From the NCBI GenBank assembly GCA_951406725.2, contig OX597831.1, forward strand, positions 58,404,001 through 58,468,000: a DNA stretch of 64,000 nucleotides, in the 5' to 3' direction. Position 1 is the first letter of the stretch; each line of letters starts with the position of its first letter. This document shows positions 11,559 to 24,079 of this stretch, in pieces. The translations under genes and the position numbers were made by a program. Source of the stretch: Octopus vulgaris. Taxonomy: Eukaryota. The notes beneath the pieces are model-generated. The model did no database searches. It had not been told where the DNA came from and worked only from the letters and a program-made list of their open reading frames with translations.

Positions 11559-12299
11559 CGTTCTGCTCCACGGATCAATGATAAACGTAAATGAAAACAC
11601 AGAAAAAGAGAGAAAAAAAAATGAAACCACAAACCTAAACGAAAAATAAATATATAAAAAAACATTTGAAGACATAAATCGAAACTGTAAAAGGGAGAAA
11701 AAATCATTACTTTTATTATAAAATGCATTGGTATGTGATTTCGAGTCTAGAGGTGTGATGCATGATGGGTATCGTTCATTTTGCCTTTCATATTCACTTT
11801 CACAGTTCTTTCAATGTTTTTCTTTTTTTACCTCAGGTTCTCTCAATCAAAGAAGAATTCAATAGAACTATTGAATGCAATATATGTCATATTAATACAC
11901 CATTTTCAGACGTATCATAGCAACCTAAAGGTCTGTTAGGGACGTTTGGAAATTTGATCAAATTTCCTTTTGAATTTTAATTTAAATGAAGCGGGAAGCT
12001 ACTACCTATATGTTCTTTTCCGATGGAACAGAATCATATGAAATATTTTCTAAATTTTGCCGGTTTCTACCTTTTGGTGAGATCCGCGACTAGCTTGGTA
12101 GTTGACAAACTAGGTTCTAGTTTTTTGTTTGTATTCATTGATAATGTTATCTTATAGTTATGACCAAGACATTTATTTCTGAAATACTCTAGTTCACATA
12201 GCCATATGTAGGTAACATGCTTAAGACCAGCACAGTAATGAAAATAGTGAGGGAATCATATCCTTTGACGTTTATCCCCTTAACGTATTAAAATTTCAG

Positions 12300-12622
12300 C
12301 TAGGATGGCCTCTCCAAGATATACAGGAGGAATTACAACCGTGTTTCGTGGTCTGCTACCACAACAGCTCCTTTATAGGATCCAGTTAGCTCAAGACATC
12401 ATCAAGAGGAACCACGTCCGGTTTCGGCCCCTACTCCTCTACCGTTTTGACGTGCCCCCCCCTTTTCGGAGGTGTCTTCAGCTCTGGTGTTGGGTGCATG
12501 TCTTCTTTCTTCTGTTCCCTGGCCTCTTCGATGTGTCGTCAGCGAGTGTCAGCCGCTGATAATTTATAAGAACAATCACAATTATCCCACCATTTATTTT
12601 TACTGAATTCTTGTTTGCTTCC
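12300..12622 (+). mobile_element. Repeat fragment homologous to 57270-57690 (probably Penelope-type terminal region)
   Basis: aacagctcctttatagga.ccagt..gaaccacgtccggtttc.gc.cctactcct.taccgtttt is shared in inverted orientation. Confidence 0.65.
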
Positions 12623-13311
12623 ATATAGAAATGATTACCATTTATAGTTTAGTAAAAGGAAGTAAATTTATAATTTACTCTTCATATAATAGCAGTCGTG
12701 AGCTTTACTTATGCAAGTGACAATCTAAACAAACTACTTTTCGCTTTACTAAACTCGCTGCTTCGTATTGAATGAACAGTACATGACAAAGGTCTGCATT
12801 TGTTCCGAGCTTGATCACATGCCAATTTTACTTCCACCTCTCGGCTGTTTGATCAGTTGTATTAGATTTCAAAATAGTCATCACAAGATGATTAGTAATT
12901 CCGGAAACAATGTAATACAACTTTACAGAAGATAGAATGTATTTGGTGGAAGCAATTACACTTCTTTCTTATTAGTATATTAGTGGTTAGTTTGTTGCAT
13001 CTAGTGCGGCAAATGAGAGAAAATAAAACTTTTCAATGAGGTTCGAAATCATCCTTTTGAATCTGCAGTTGCACATTACTGATGAAACAAATCATTCGCC
13101 GTCACGCCACTTATTTAAACATTATCCTCATGTTTAATGAATAGAAATTTTGCCTCATTATTTGTAGTAAAAAGGTCACCTGTCCTTATTCCTGCTGTTA
13201 CATTCTACTATTAGAATGTTATTCTGGTTGCTCATCAAGGACTTGCTCATTATTATGCCGCAGAAAATTCTCGTACAGCAACAACAGTAGCCGAGCGTGA
13301 TGTAGTTCCGT

Positions 13312-13780
13312 CAGCTGGCAGAAACGTTAGCACGCCGGGTGAAATGCCTAGCCGTATTTCGTCTGTCGTTACGTTCTGAGTTCAAATTCCGCCGAGGTCG
13401 ACTTTGCCTTTCATCCTTTCGGGGTCGATAAATTAAGTACCTATTTCTTTATTGCCCACAAAGGGCTAAACACAGAGGGGACAAACAAGGACAGACATAG
13501 GTATTAAGTCGATTACATCGACCCCAGTGCGTAACTGGTACTTAATTTATCGACCCCGAAAGGATGAAAGGCAAAGTCGACCTCGGCGGAATTTGAACTC
13601 ACAACGTAACGCAGACGAAATACCGTTAAGCATTTCGCCCAGCGTGCTAACGTTTCTGCCAGCTCGCCGTGCTAAATTAAGTACCAGTTACGCACTGGGG
13701 TGGATGTACTCGACTTAATCCGCTTGTCTGTCCTTGTTTTTCCTCTCTGTGTTTAGATACTTGTGGGTAGTAAAGAAATA
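13312..13780 (+). mobile_element. SINE A interrupted by an antisense SINE A (13442-13670)
   Basis: 13-bp TSD taaattaagtacc at 13429-13441 and 13673-13685. Confidence 0.9.
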
Positions 13781-13965
13781 TACAATACTCATGCATAACT
13801 GTGCATTTATAATTTAGAAATTTTTCACTGTATTCGATTCTATGATTTTGATGAAGACTAGTTTAGTGTAGATGACACTGTGTTTTCTATAATTATGCAT
13901 TGCTGCTAGTACATGAGTGGGAAGCGAAATTTTTGAAGCTGTATTTTTCAGATATATTATTGTAG

Positions 13966-14289
13966 TATCACCATGATCACCATGATCACCGTGACCGACC
14001 AGGCTATCAGGTCTTGCTACACATCACTGGTCACAATGCGCTTCTCATTGTTTTAGCCTTCTAATAACGCCACCCCACTGGCTAAGCGAGCAGGCCAACA
14101 GAAGAAAGCGTTAGAGAAAGTTGTGGCGAAAGAGTACAGCGGGGATCGCCACCACCCTCTGCCGGAGCCTCGTGAAGCTTTAGGTGTTTTCCTTCAATAA
14201 ACAGTCACAATGCTCGGTCTGGGAATCGAAACCGCGATCCTACAACCACGAGTCCGCTGCTCTAACCACTAGGCCATTGCGCCTCCACA
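13966..14289 (-). mobile_element. tRNA-derived SINE (octopus OR1-like)
   Basis: Head ggaggcgcaatggcctagtggttag..ggtttcgattccc; tail gcgcattgtgaccag..cctggtcggtcacggtgat(catggtgat)2. Family name is from memory. Confidence 0.85.
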
Positions 14290-14634
14290 TAATGGATGAT
14301 ATACTGAATATTTTTTTGTCGCATATCCCAGGAGAACAATTATACTGCTTATATCGTTAACTACTTTAACAATTTGTACTAGAGGTGGATTGTGTGAATC
14401 AGTACACATACAATCCTCTCATTCGACTTTTCCGATATATACTAATCTCTTAATGCTGTATCTAGTAAGCTACCTATTTTTACACTGTTGAAACATATAC
14501 TGTAAAGAACAGTTATTGAAAGAGCTAATTGATCTTTCATACGTACAAACATTCGTACAAACATTGTACGTAATTACACACACATGCATATAAATATATT
14601 ATGTAGCAAACATTTACTGAGAAAAGTTGACAGT

Positions 14635-14668
14635 GACTTCGAAGTTTCGGCTTCTTTGACTTCATCGG
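14635..14668 (-). ncRNA. Degenerate hammerhead motif
   Basis: CCGAUGA-A-GUC aaagaa GCC-GAAAC UUCGAA GUC; perfect palindromic stem III ACUUCGAAGU; stems I and II mismatched. Confidence 0.5.
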
Positions 14669-14752
14669 GCGATGCTTTACTTGAGCTCTATTTAATTAGA
14701 TGTAGTTATGTGAAATAGATGTGTGTTATAGATTAAACATGGGAGAATTTGC

Positions 14753-14795
<43 letters not shown>

Positions 14796-14799
<4 letters not shown>

Positions 14800-14929
14800 G
14801 AATAAAAAAGGAAAATACGCACACTTACATGGTTATAGTATAATTTTTAATGTATCGACCGGTTTCGCAATCGCTATTCATGATACAATGTTTAATTTAT
14901 ATGAAAATATATTTTTTCTTAAGAAAAAC
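14796..14929 (-). mobile_element. Short TA-flanked element with decayed HHR (14853-14885)
   Basis: UAUC-augaaua-GC gauu GC-GAAAC CG GUC-GAUA; stems I and III intact, core mutated. Confidence 0.45.
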
Positions 14930-14974
14930 ATATATATATATATGTATATGTATGATTGTATACATATATATATA

Positions 14975-15078
14975 GCGTGGTGGCGTCATTTGAAGGCTAA
15001 AACAATGCGAAGCGCATTGTGACCAGCGATGTGTAGCAACATCTGATAACCTGGTCGGTCACGGTGATCACGGTGATA
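14975..15078 (+). mobile_element. 5'-truncated OR1-like SINE tail
   Basis: gaaggctaaaacaatg.gaagcgcattgtgaccagcgatgtgtagcaacatctgata.cctggtcggtcacggtgat matches the tail of 13966-14289. Confidence 0.85.
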
Positions 15079-15109
15079 TACATATATATATATACACACA
15101 AACTTATAT

Positions 15110-15473
15110 GATATACTTTATTTGTTGATTAACAAGGCAACTTCATATAAACAGGAATCTGTAAACAATTATCAAGCTTGCTACATGGATACGTTCGTAT
15201 TCGTCTCCAGTTTGGATGAGAATATACGAAATTACACGAGTTTGTACAGGATTTCGGGATCTACAATTATGCATATGATGTACAGTTTGGTGTAACTTCG
15301 TGTATTCTCATCCAAAACGAATACAAGTACCAACATCCCCATGTGTTAGGCTTGATAATTGTTAAGAAATTCCTCTTCACATGAAACAAACGGTGGCCTT
15401 GTTAATCCACAAATGAGTAATATTTATCCAGTAATGCGGTATTGAGCACTCATTCTCAATGTCTGATATTACA

Positions 15474-15477
<4 letters not shown>
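15110..15477. mobile_element. Fold-back/palindromic MITE-like element
   Basis: Nested inverted blocks: attaacaaggc/gccttgttaat, aacaattatcaagc/gcttgataattgtt, tttggatgagaata.acgaa.ttacac/gtgtaa.ttcgt.tattctcatccaaa. Confidence 0.75.
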
Positions 15478-15515
<38 letters not shown>

Positions 15516-17339
15516 GTACATACATATATAATATTTATATTCATACACACACATACATATATATATATGTATATATACATACATATATACAGATACATAA
15601 ATACATACAGGTTACATATATATTGAGTGTATCTTCATCTTTATGGCATAGGATGACTGTAAGACTACAATCTCTATAAGAGTTACGTTTATAGTTTTGA
15701 ATTTGATGTTAGTGCGTTTAGTATGTACAATCTAGCAGCTAACACACCTCGACTTCATCGTAGCTTCCAAAGCAGACATCACTTTGATCGTTCTTGGTTA
15801 ACACTCATGTGGAACTGCCATTGAAAAGCAGGTACATTTTAGCATGTATTAATATTTCGACATCATTGCCACTGATAATGCATCTCCTTTAGTGTTCCGG
15901 TCTATTGATAAAAGACGAATTGAAATAAACCGACAGTAATTTACGTCTTGGAATTAAGTGAATTTGCATCTGTTATTGCTTTTGACACTATTGAACCAGT
16001 CAGCTACAGCATCTTTGTAATTCTACTGTTGCAGACTTGTGTTTAGTTTTCATTTTCGCTTTTTGCTTAGAATGTATTTATTAACTACATCAACTTCATT
16101 CTTTGCAGAATGTATCACATTTAACACTTACTAGAAGATTTACGTTGCGGGTTTTTTATGGTGATGTATAGATCTCTTTTGCTTAGGTATTCTATTCAAT
16201 TAATATTTAGTAATACAAGAGATATACGAATAACATTATATAATTGTTTTCTAAGACAAATTAAATAACTGTTTTTTTTACACTCTAAATTTTCTTCTTG
16301 GAATTAGGGTAAGAAAAACGTTGCCCAAATATATATAGAAATAAGAAAACGGAAAAATAGATGAGTTGAACATTTCGTTATTGCATGTTCAATCATCGAA
16401 CATACTACCATCCATATAATCAGAGTAAGGCAGTGTAAACTATGCACTAAGGAGGTATGTTACGCAGGACCCAACAAAACATAACTTTAAGCAAACAGAT
16501 ATTATATCTGAATGCATCACGGAAATACTTTTTACCTGACTGCATATTAATGTAACAGATGAAGAATACCGAACAGGAAGAAATTAATCAACTCAGATAA
16601 CAAAATAGTACATTTTTGCCTTATTAACGTATTATGCAATCTTTATTTTGTTCGTGGTACTACTTAGGAATGTATCAAACGTTATGGCTATAAATGTTAC
16701 ATTAGACAGAAATACTAGACGTAATCTACGATTGACCACTCACATTCAAACTTGCAGGGAAATCATAGAAAATATAACAATTGTGAGATATATAGTCTAC
16801 AGGTAGAGTATCATGACCACATATATATAACAGACATCATGCCAAACTATATGATTGCAGAATTAATCTGATGTCGACGATGAAGTGTACAGTAATATGA
16901 AATAAGGAGCTGACATAATGAAATGTTTTCAAAATTTTCGCCAAACTCAAAGGCACAAACTAGAAACACCAGCGATACTGGTGTATATTTTTTATAGCAA
17001 AGATGAGAATTAAGGAATTACTTGGAACATCCAAATCAGAGAAATTTACTGTTTCAAATTGTGCATGAAAGAAATTTTGGGAAATCAACAATAAAATGCT
17101 TGTAGAAAGCTAATGGAGCATGATCGAGTTTCTGATAACATGCGCTCACGCTAAACAACATATATATATACATGCATGGATGCATACATACACACATATA
17201 TTGTTTATTTTGGGTGAGGAGGGAAAATATTCTGTATTATCTAACTAGTGTAAGTATCTACACGACTATATACTGAAATGTAAATACCAGAGTACAGAAT
17301 GGACAATTTCAGACTGACGAGCGTTTGTAAGGAGAACAG

Positions 17340-17765
17340 GGATCTTTTCGGTTTGAACGGCAGTTTTTTCTAGCAGTATCATATGAAATTGTCACCTATA
17401 ATTATGACCCTAGTATCGATCTATTGCATTTCAATCTATTTTAGGGTTAGGGTTAAGATTAGGGGTGGGGGAAGGGTATCTTTTTTCTTCACAAATGTAA
17501 ATAAACCCAATCTGTTTCTTAAACGAGGGACATAGACATACGGCACAGAATGTTGTTTTTTTACCTCAATAGACGTCATTGATTGGTTGAAATTGCAGAA
17601 ATTGAGGAAAAAACAACAACAAATATCTTACAAACTATAGAATTTTCTCAATAAAGCCAAGAGAAAAAGATGTTTTATAAACACATTCTACCAGTATACG
17701 AAGTTTAAAACTTTTTAGTTACCTAGAAATTATGTTAAAAACGGCCGTTCAAACCGAAAAGATCC
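17340..17765. mobile_element. MITE with 22-bp TIRs and 8-bp TSD (Merlin-like)
   Basis: TIR ggatcttttcggtttgaacggc / gccgttcaaaccgaaaagatcc; TSD gagaacag at 17332-17339 and 17766-17773; 5'-GG termini. Confidence 0.9.
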
Positions 17766-18108
17766 GAGAACAGAATTGCCGTATTGGAAATAAGGCTTTA
17801 TCCAACTTCCTTGACAGATACGGTAGACAAATAATAATTTTCGCCAGCGTGTTGAGAATGAGCTAACGACAACGACATGATGCAGTTTGGTAATGAAAAG
17901 CTAGCCAAAATAGTTACGAATAAAAAAATACATACATGAACGGCACGTATATTTTCGTATAAACACGCATACGCAAACAACATAATCATGCATACACACA
18001 GTTAACTGCATTGTCACAACACATACCAATATTCACACACACCATCATTAATAGAATGAAATGCGCCTTAGTAAAGGAATTAACATGAATATAAATACGC
18101 ATGTGTAC

Positions 18109-18340
18109 GGCGGCGAGCTTGGCGGAAACGTTAGCACGCCGGACGAAATGAGTAGCCGTATTTCGTCTGCCGTTACGTTCTGGGTTCAAATTCCGCCGAG
18201 GTCGGCTTTGCTTTTCATCCTTTCGGGTTCGATAAATTAAGTACCAGTTTCGCACAGGGGTCGATGTAATCGACTTAATCCGTTTGTCTGTCCTTGTTTG
18301 TCCCCTCTGTGTTTAGACCCTTGTGGGTAGTAAAGAAATA
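18109..18340 (+). mobile_element. SINE family A
   Basis: Full-length copy; imperfect ~18-bp TSD atataaatac..atgtgt. Confidence 0.9.
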
Positions 18341-19401
18341 TATAAATACATATGTGTTATCCCAGAGGGAACAGTTATTACCAGAGTGATATTAACATTT
18401 TACCTTTGTGTCACAATCATGCATCTATTCTTAAATACCTGTCTCTCTATCCCTGTTTATCACCGCATGCTGTTGCTCACCCTTACAGGCTAACATTTTT
18501 GTGCCCATCTACCCATGGTTACAAACACACAAACACACTCGGCTTTAATATTTAATAAACAACAACAAAGTGCCTACAGCAACTTAAAACCCAGTCAGTA
18601 GTAGCAGGCTAAACTGGCACGGTATATACGTCAGCGAAAATCCCATTAACTATAAATAGGCAAAAAACGAAGCACAGAGGGAAGCAATACTGTTTGAAAA
18701 CTTGAGGAAAAAAAAATTTCTGGCAGTTTATATTAGAATTAAACCTTACTCTCCGCGTAAGATTGAGTTTTCTTATTCGTGGACAGTATATGTATGGTAT
18801 CACACAAACGACACTATCGCAATAAACACACACATACACATACAAAAACTTGCTTACGTATGTACCTGAAGTGTGTTGCATATTATTCATACACGACTAT
18901 ATACGACATATATACACATGCGAAATGTCACAGTTAATGCATTGCAAAATATTTCCATTCACTTCAGTTTGTAATTATTAGAAATTCTTTTTTTTTTTTC
19001 TTTTCAGCGTTTATTTTCTGACGAATTTTAACGGATTCCTTATTTTTCATATTACATTTGCTATACTTACTTTTATAACTACCTTATTTACTACACACAA
19101 TCTTTTATCCAGTAGAGGATTCTAATTTTTGTCTTTCACAATATTACACTTAATATCCATCACATTGTGTACATCATTGCAGCGAACGACACTATTTGCG
19201 CATGTTATTTCTACTTCGTCATTTTCGATTAGAAACTTGGCGTTCAAAGACTCCATTATAAACAGAAAATTACATTCTTATATTTCAGCAAATATTCCAT
19301 TTCTTTTCATTGAAACATATAAGGAAATTAGTGTAGTGTTCGATACCATAAAGGAAGTTAGTTGTCTAGTTTAAGAGTGTACATGACGCCGACATGGCTA
19401 T

Positions 19402-19449
19402 TATACATACATAAATACACACACATATACACATACATACATACATACA

Positions 19450-19485
<36 letters not shown>

Positions 19486-19552
19486 CATACAAATGTATAT
19501 ATATACATACACTATATATACATACAAATGTATATATATACATACACTATAT

Positions 19553-19617
<65 letters not shown>

Positions 19618-19649
19618 CATTACACATATTCATATATGTACATATATAA

Positions 19650-19688
<39 letters not shown>

Positions 19689-19830
19689 TATATATATATA
19701 TTATATATGTACACGCATGTATATACTCGTACAGAATGTATGCATGCACATATACATACAGACACACACATACACATACATATTTGTAAGATTGATGTAC
19801 ATTACATTACGTCCACTAGCATATCATTCA

Positions 19831-19882
<52 letters not shown>

Positions 19883-19990
19883 CTTATACATGTGTATACA
19901 TATATATCTATGATTATACACATATTTACATATGTATATGTATATCTATGTTCACACACACACACACACACATAAATATATATATATAAT
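19402..19990. repeat. Compound (TA)n/(TACA)n microsatellite
   Basis: Seen directly. Confidence 0.95.
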
Positions 19991-20572
19991 TGCACATGTG
20001 TTCATATGTGTGTGTATGTTTGCTCGTATATGCATGCGGAACTGAATGCGAGCGTGTGGGCCTAGATGCTTGAGTATGAATTACTAAACAAAGCGGTATA
20101 ATATAGTTATTCAAGTGACACAGCTGTATAGATTTGCTACTGTACGGATATGCTGCTGTATGCGGTCGTGAGTGTATGTGCGTCTGTATCCGCGGTCAAT
20201 AATATTCTTCACAATTTTTGATATCTGCACAAATTCCCTTGTAATAAATATATATTTCATTATATATTTTTGACTGTTTCAGTGTCTTGAATTTCAATAA
20301 ACGCACAAGGCTATATTCAATATCATCCGGGAAATAATTTTATAACGTGCATTTCAAAGCTCCTTTGTGGTAATAGTGTACTATATGACGTCATACACCA
20401 GGAATACACTTTTTATTGGAAATGCAATGTGGAAATCCAAATAATTTATAATACAATAAGACGGAATAAACAGGTTTTAATCGAAATCATAACGATTGCT
20501 ACCGTGCATTAGGGACAACTGTTTGTTGCTATGTTCTCCATATTGTGAATATTATTATATAAATATATATAT

Positions 20573-20968
20573 AGGCGCAGGAGTGGCTGTGTGGTAAGTA
20601 GCTTGCTAACCAGCCACATGGTTCCGGGTTCAGTCCCACTGCGTGGCACCTTGGGCAAGCGTCTTCTGCTATAGCCCCGGGCCGACCAATGCCTTGTGAG
20701 TGGATTTGGTAGACGGAAACTGAAAGAAGCCTGTCGTATATATGTATATATATGTATATGTATGTGTGTGTATTTGTGTTTGTCCCCCTAGCATTGCTTG
20801 ACAACCGATGCTGGTGTGTTTACGTCCCCGTAACTTAGCGGTTTGGCAAAAGAGACCGATAGAATAAGTACTGGGCTTACAAAGAATAAGTCCCAGGGTC
20901 GATTTGCTCGACTAAAGGCGGTGCTCCAGCATGGCCACAGTCAAATGACTGAAACAAGTAAAAGAGTA
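20573..20968 (+). mobile_element. SINE family B, full-length
   Basis: A-box-like gtggctgtgtggtaag, B-box-like gggttcagtccc, CORE-like accttgggcaag, tail ccagcatggccacagtcaaatgactgaaacaagtaaaagagta. Confidence 0.9.
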
Positions 20969-21300
20969 TATAAATATGACTCAACAATAGCTGTGCATTG
21001 GTACGTCATCAGGTGAGTGGCTTCGAGAGCACCGCTGGTTCACTTTAAATTTCCATTGTTTTATACCCATTTTCTATTTTTTGCATTTCCTTGAGAAGTG
21101 CGACACGTGATTTCAAACGTGCAGAAGTAATAAAAAATATCAAATACATAAATAGAAGTGAAAATGAAAAATGTAAATTATAAAATAAATACAACAAAAT
21201 CAATTAAGGAAAAAAAAAATCAAAAGTATCAAATATAGATTAACATAACCGCAAATTCCGTCTTTTCTTTAACATAAATAGCCTGTTTATTTTAAAGAAT

Positions 21301-21716
21301 AGGCACAGTAGTGGCTGTGTAGTAAGACGTTTTGCTTACCAACCACATGATTCCGGGTTCAGTCCCACTCAGTGGCATCTTGGGCAAGTGTCTTCTACTA
21401 TAACCTCGCGCCGACCAAAGCCTTGTGAGTGGATTTGGTAGACGGAAACTGAAAGACCGTCGTATATATGTATATATATGTATGTGTGTATATGTGTGTG
21501 TGTCTGTGTTTGTTACCCCGCCCAACATCGCTTGACAACCGATGCTGGTGCGTTTACGTCCCCGTAACTTAGTGGTTCGGCAAAAGAAACCGATAGAATA
21601 AGTACTCGGCTTACAAAGAATAAGTCATGGGGTGGATTTGCTCGACTAAAGGCGGTGCTCCAGTATGGCCGCAATCAAGTTCCTGAAGCAAGTAAAAGAG
21701 TAAGAGTAAAGAGAGT
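21301..21716 (+). mobile_element. SINE family B, full-length
   Basis: Colinear with 20573-20968. Confidence 0.9.
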
Positions 21717-22669
21717 ATCTCTCACCTTTTATGAACTTAGATTAACATTCTAAAATAATAATGTTGGGGTGGTGCCCCAGCATGGCCGCGGCCTTCGGGC
21801 TAAAACATTTCTAAGGATCAACATATAAGCAAAAATGGGATCCTTGTTTCTTTTGTCTGTAAGCGCTTTACTTCAAAGGATGCGTACTCAACTTATTAGC
21901 CCAGCGGGATATTCTGCTCGTAAACTTTATCTGCTATCCTTGGTTACCAACAGATTCGTTCAATGAGTCATAAATAAATGCTGTCACACAAGAAGAATTT
22001 ATTTGCCCGCTCCCCTACAGACACCCACACACACGTTCATTTACTTGGTGTATAGAAATAAGTGTATCTTAATACACACACACATACTCTCTATCACACA
22101 CACATATACTGTCACCGACATACCCGGTATACTTTGATACTTTGATAGGTTTCGACCATTATTGGCCCAGGCCATGTCTAACTTAATAGCACCACCTGGT
22201 ATACATGCATTTATATAGTTATATACAAGCATTGTTTAGACACATACATATATACACGCACTCATACCCGTGGACACTCATATACATGCATGCATACGTT
22301 ATGCATACATACTATTGATGATTCCTCTCGATTCATAGCTTTAGGTTAAATCAATACTCACTCTCACGCATCTTTTGTACACATATACATGTTATTCTAT
22401 TTCACACGTATGTACACATATCTGTATATACCTACGTATATCTCTCTAAATATATCGCCATTTTTACTCTGGTGGATATACATCTATGTCACTCTACAAA
22501 CTATTGTCCACTTACGCTATAACATTCCGTCATTCCTCTTCGCTTAAACAACTGTACTTCAAAAATGAGTTAAAGGATTATACAATTTTGGTGAAAAACA
22601 GTAGAAATGATATAATTTAAGCATACCAGTAATGATGTTGAAATATTATTATGATATTTTTGTGTAAAT

Positions 22670-22799
22670 AGGCGTAGGAATGGTTGTGTGGTAAGTAGTT
22701 TGCTTACCAACCACATGGTTCCGGGTTCAGTCCCACTGCGTGATACCTTGGGCAATTATCTTCTACTATAGCCTTGACAGAAACTGAAAGAAGCCCGTC

Positions 22800-22843
<44 letters not shown>

Positions 22844-23070
22844 ATGTATGTGTGTATGTGTTTGTGTGTCTGTGTTTGTCCCCCACCAACATCGCTTGAC
22901 AGATCGATGCTGTGTTTACGTCCTCGCAACATTAGCGGTTCGGCAAAAGAGACTGATAGTATAAGTACTAGGCTTCCAAAGAATAAGTCCTGTGGTCAAT
23001 TTGCTTGACTAAAGGTGGTGCTCCTGCACGGCCACAGTCATATGACTGAAACAAGTAAAAGAGTAAAAGA
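22670..23070 (+). mobile_element. SINE family B with internal deletion
   Basis: Colinear with other B copies but lacks the ggccgacc..ggatttggt segment. Confidence 0.9.
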
Positions 23071-23914
23071 GAGATATAACTAAATGATTATAGATACATG
23101 CAAATTATTATATCACACAATTCAAGTAAACAACAATATAATATTGCCAATGGAAATAATCATAAAATTATAGGTACATTTTTGAGTAACTAAAGGATTG
23201 ATATAACATTGAATGATGTAGTCCTTCTAAGTTCCAGAAGTGAGCTTTTAAGTCTAGTGGTTACTTATTAAAATAATCTCAGAGTGCTTGTTGATGATTT
23301 TATTATTACATATTATCATTTCAACCTCTACCAGACAGAGGTTACATACTTTTGAGTTTGCGTTATATTGTTTTGATTTCCGTAGTACTCTTCAGGTAGT
23401 GCTGTATTGTTTTTTTTTCGATTGAGATCCCATATAAGCTCTGCCAGTGATGTGCATTTCCTTTCCTACTTGTTTAAAAACGATGCTGCGTAGTCCCTTC
23501 ACCGGCTTTTTAATATGTCGCTTGTGTTTTCTACGTAAATGCTCATACTGGCAAAGCACATTCTTTCTTAACTCTGGAACTGCATGTTTTACACGTTATT
23601 ATATGCAACCAGTTTGGCCGTGGTATTTGTCTTCATATCTTCCTTATTATTGTGATTGTTATTGTTGTTATTATTACTAACATTTATTTCTGTTATTCTC
23701 AGTTCTGTCATTCAGGATATAGTCATTCCGTACACACACACGCACGCAAGCACACAAACACACACAAGCGGTAATGACACACGGGGAGATACTTCTAATT
23801 TTTGGAGACTTTCGTAGACAAGTGAGACGGCTTGAAGGTCTTTCTAAAATGATATACATATACTCTCACAGACATGTATATATATAAAAAAAAGAAGGAA
23901 AAAAAGAAAAGCAG

Positions 23915-24058
23915 TGCCATGATAGATCGTTAGCCACTACACACATTTTTTCTCTACTTTTTTCTCTCCTTGTTTCTCTCCTTGTTTTTTCTGTGTCCCT
24001 TACTGTAGAAGAGCGTAGGCTCGAAACGTAAAAGACTTTTTCTATTCCTGAGCGTTAT
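23915..24058 (+). mobile_element. Family D HHR-motif repeat (3'-truncated)
   Basis: gccatgatagatcgttagccactac...ctgtagaagagcgtaggctcgaaacgtaaaag. Confidence 0.85.
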
Positions 24059-24079
24059 ATATGAATGAATATGTGTATA

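Noticed and set aside
14215-14289. tRNA gene (also at 50990-51062 and 59209-59270)
   Set aside because: These are SINE heads continuing into SINE bodies, and I could not fold a complete cloverleaf.
20980-21020. CUGAUGA on the minus strand as a hammerhead
   Set aside because: No GAAA follows; at best a deleted relic.
22140-22175. Hairpin plus GAAAC on the minus strand
   Set aside because: The CUGANGA core is missing.
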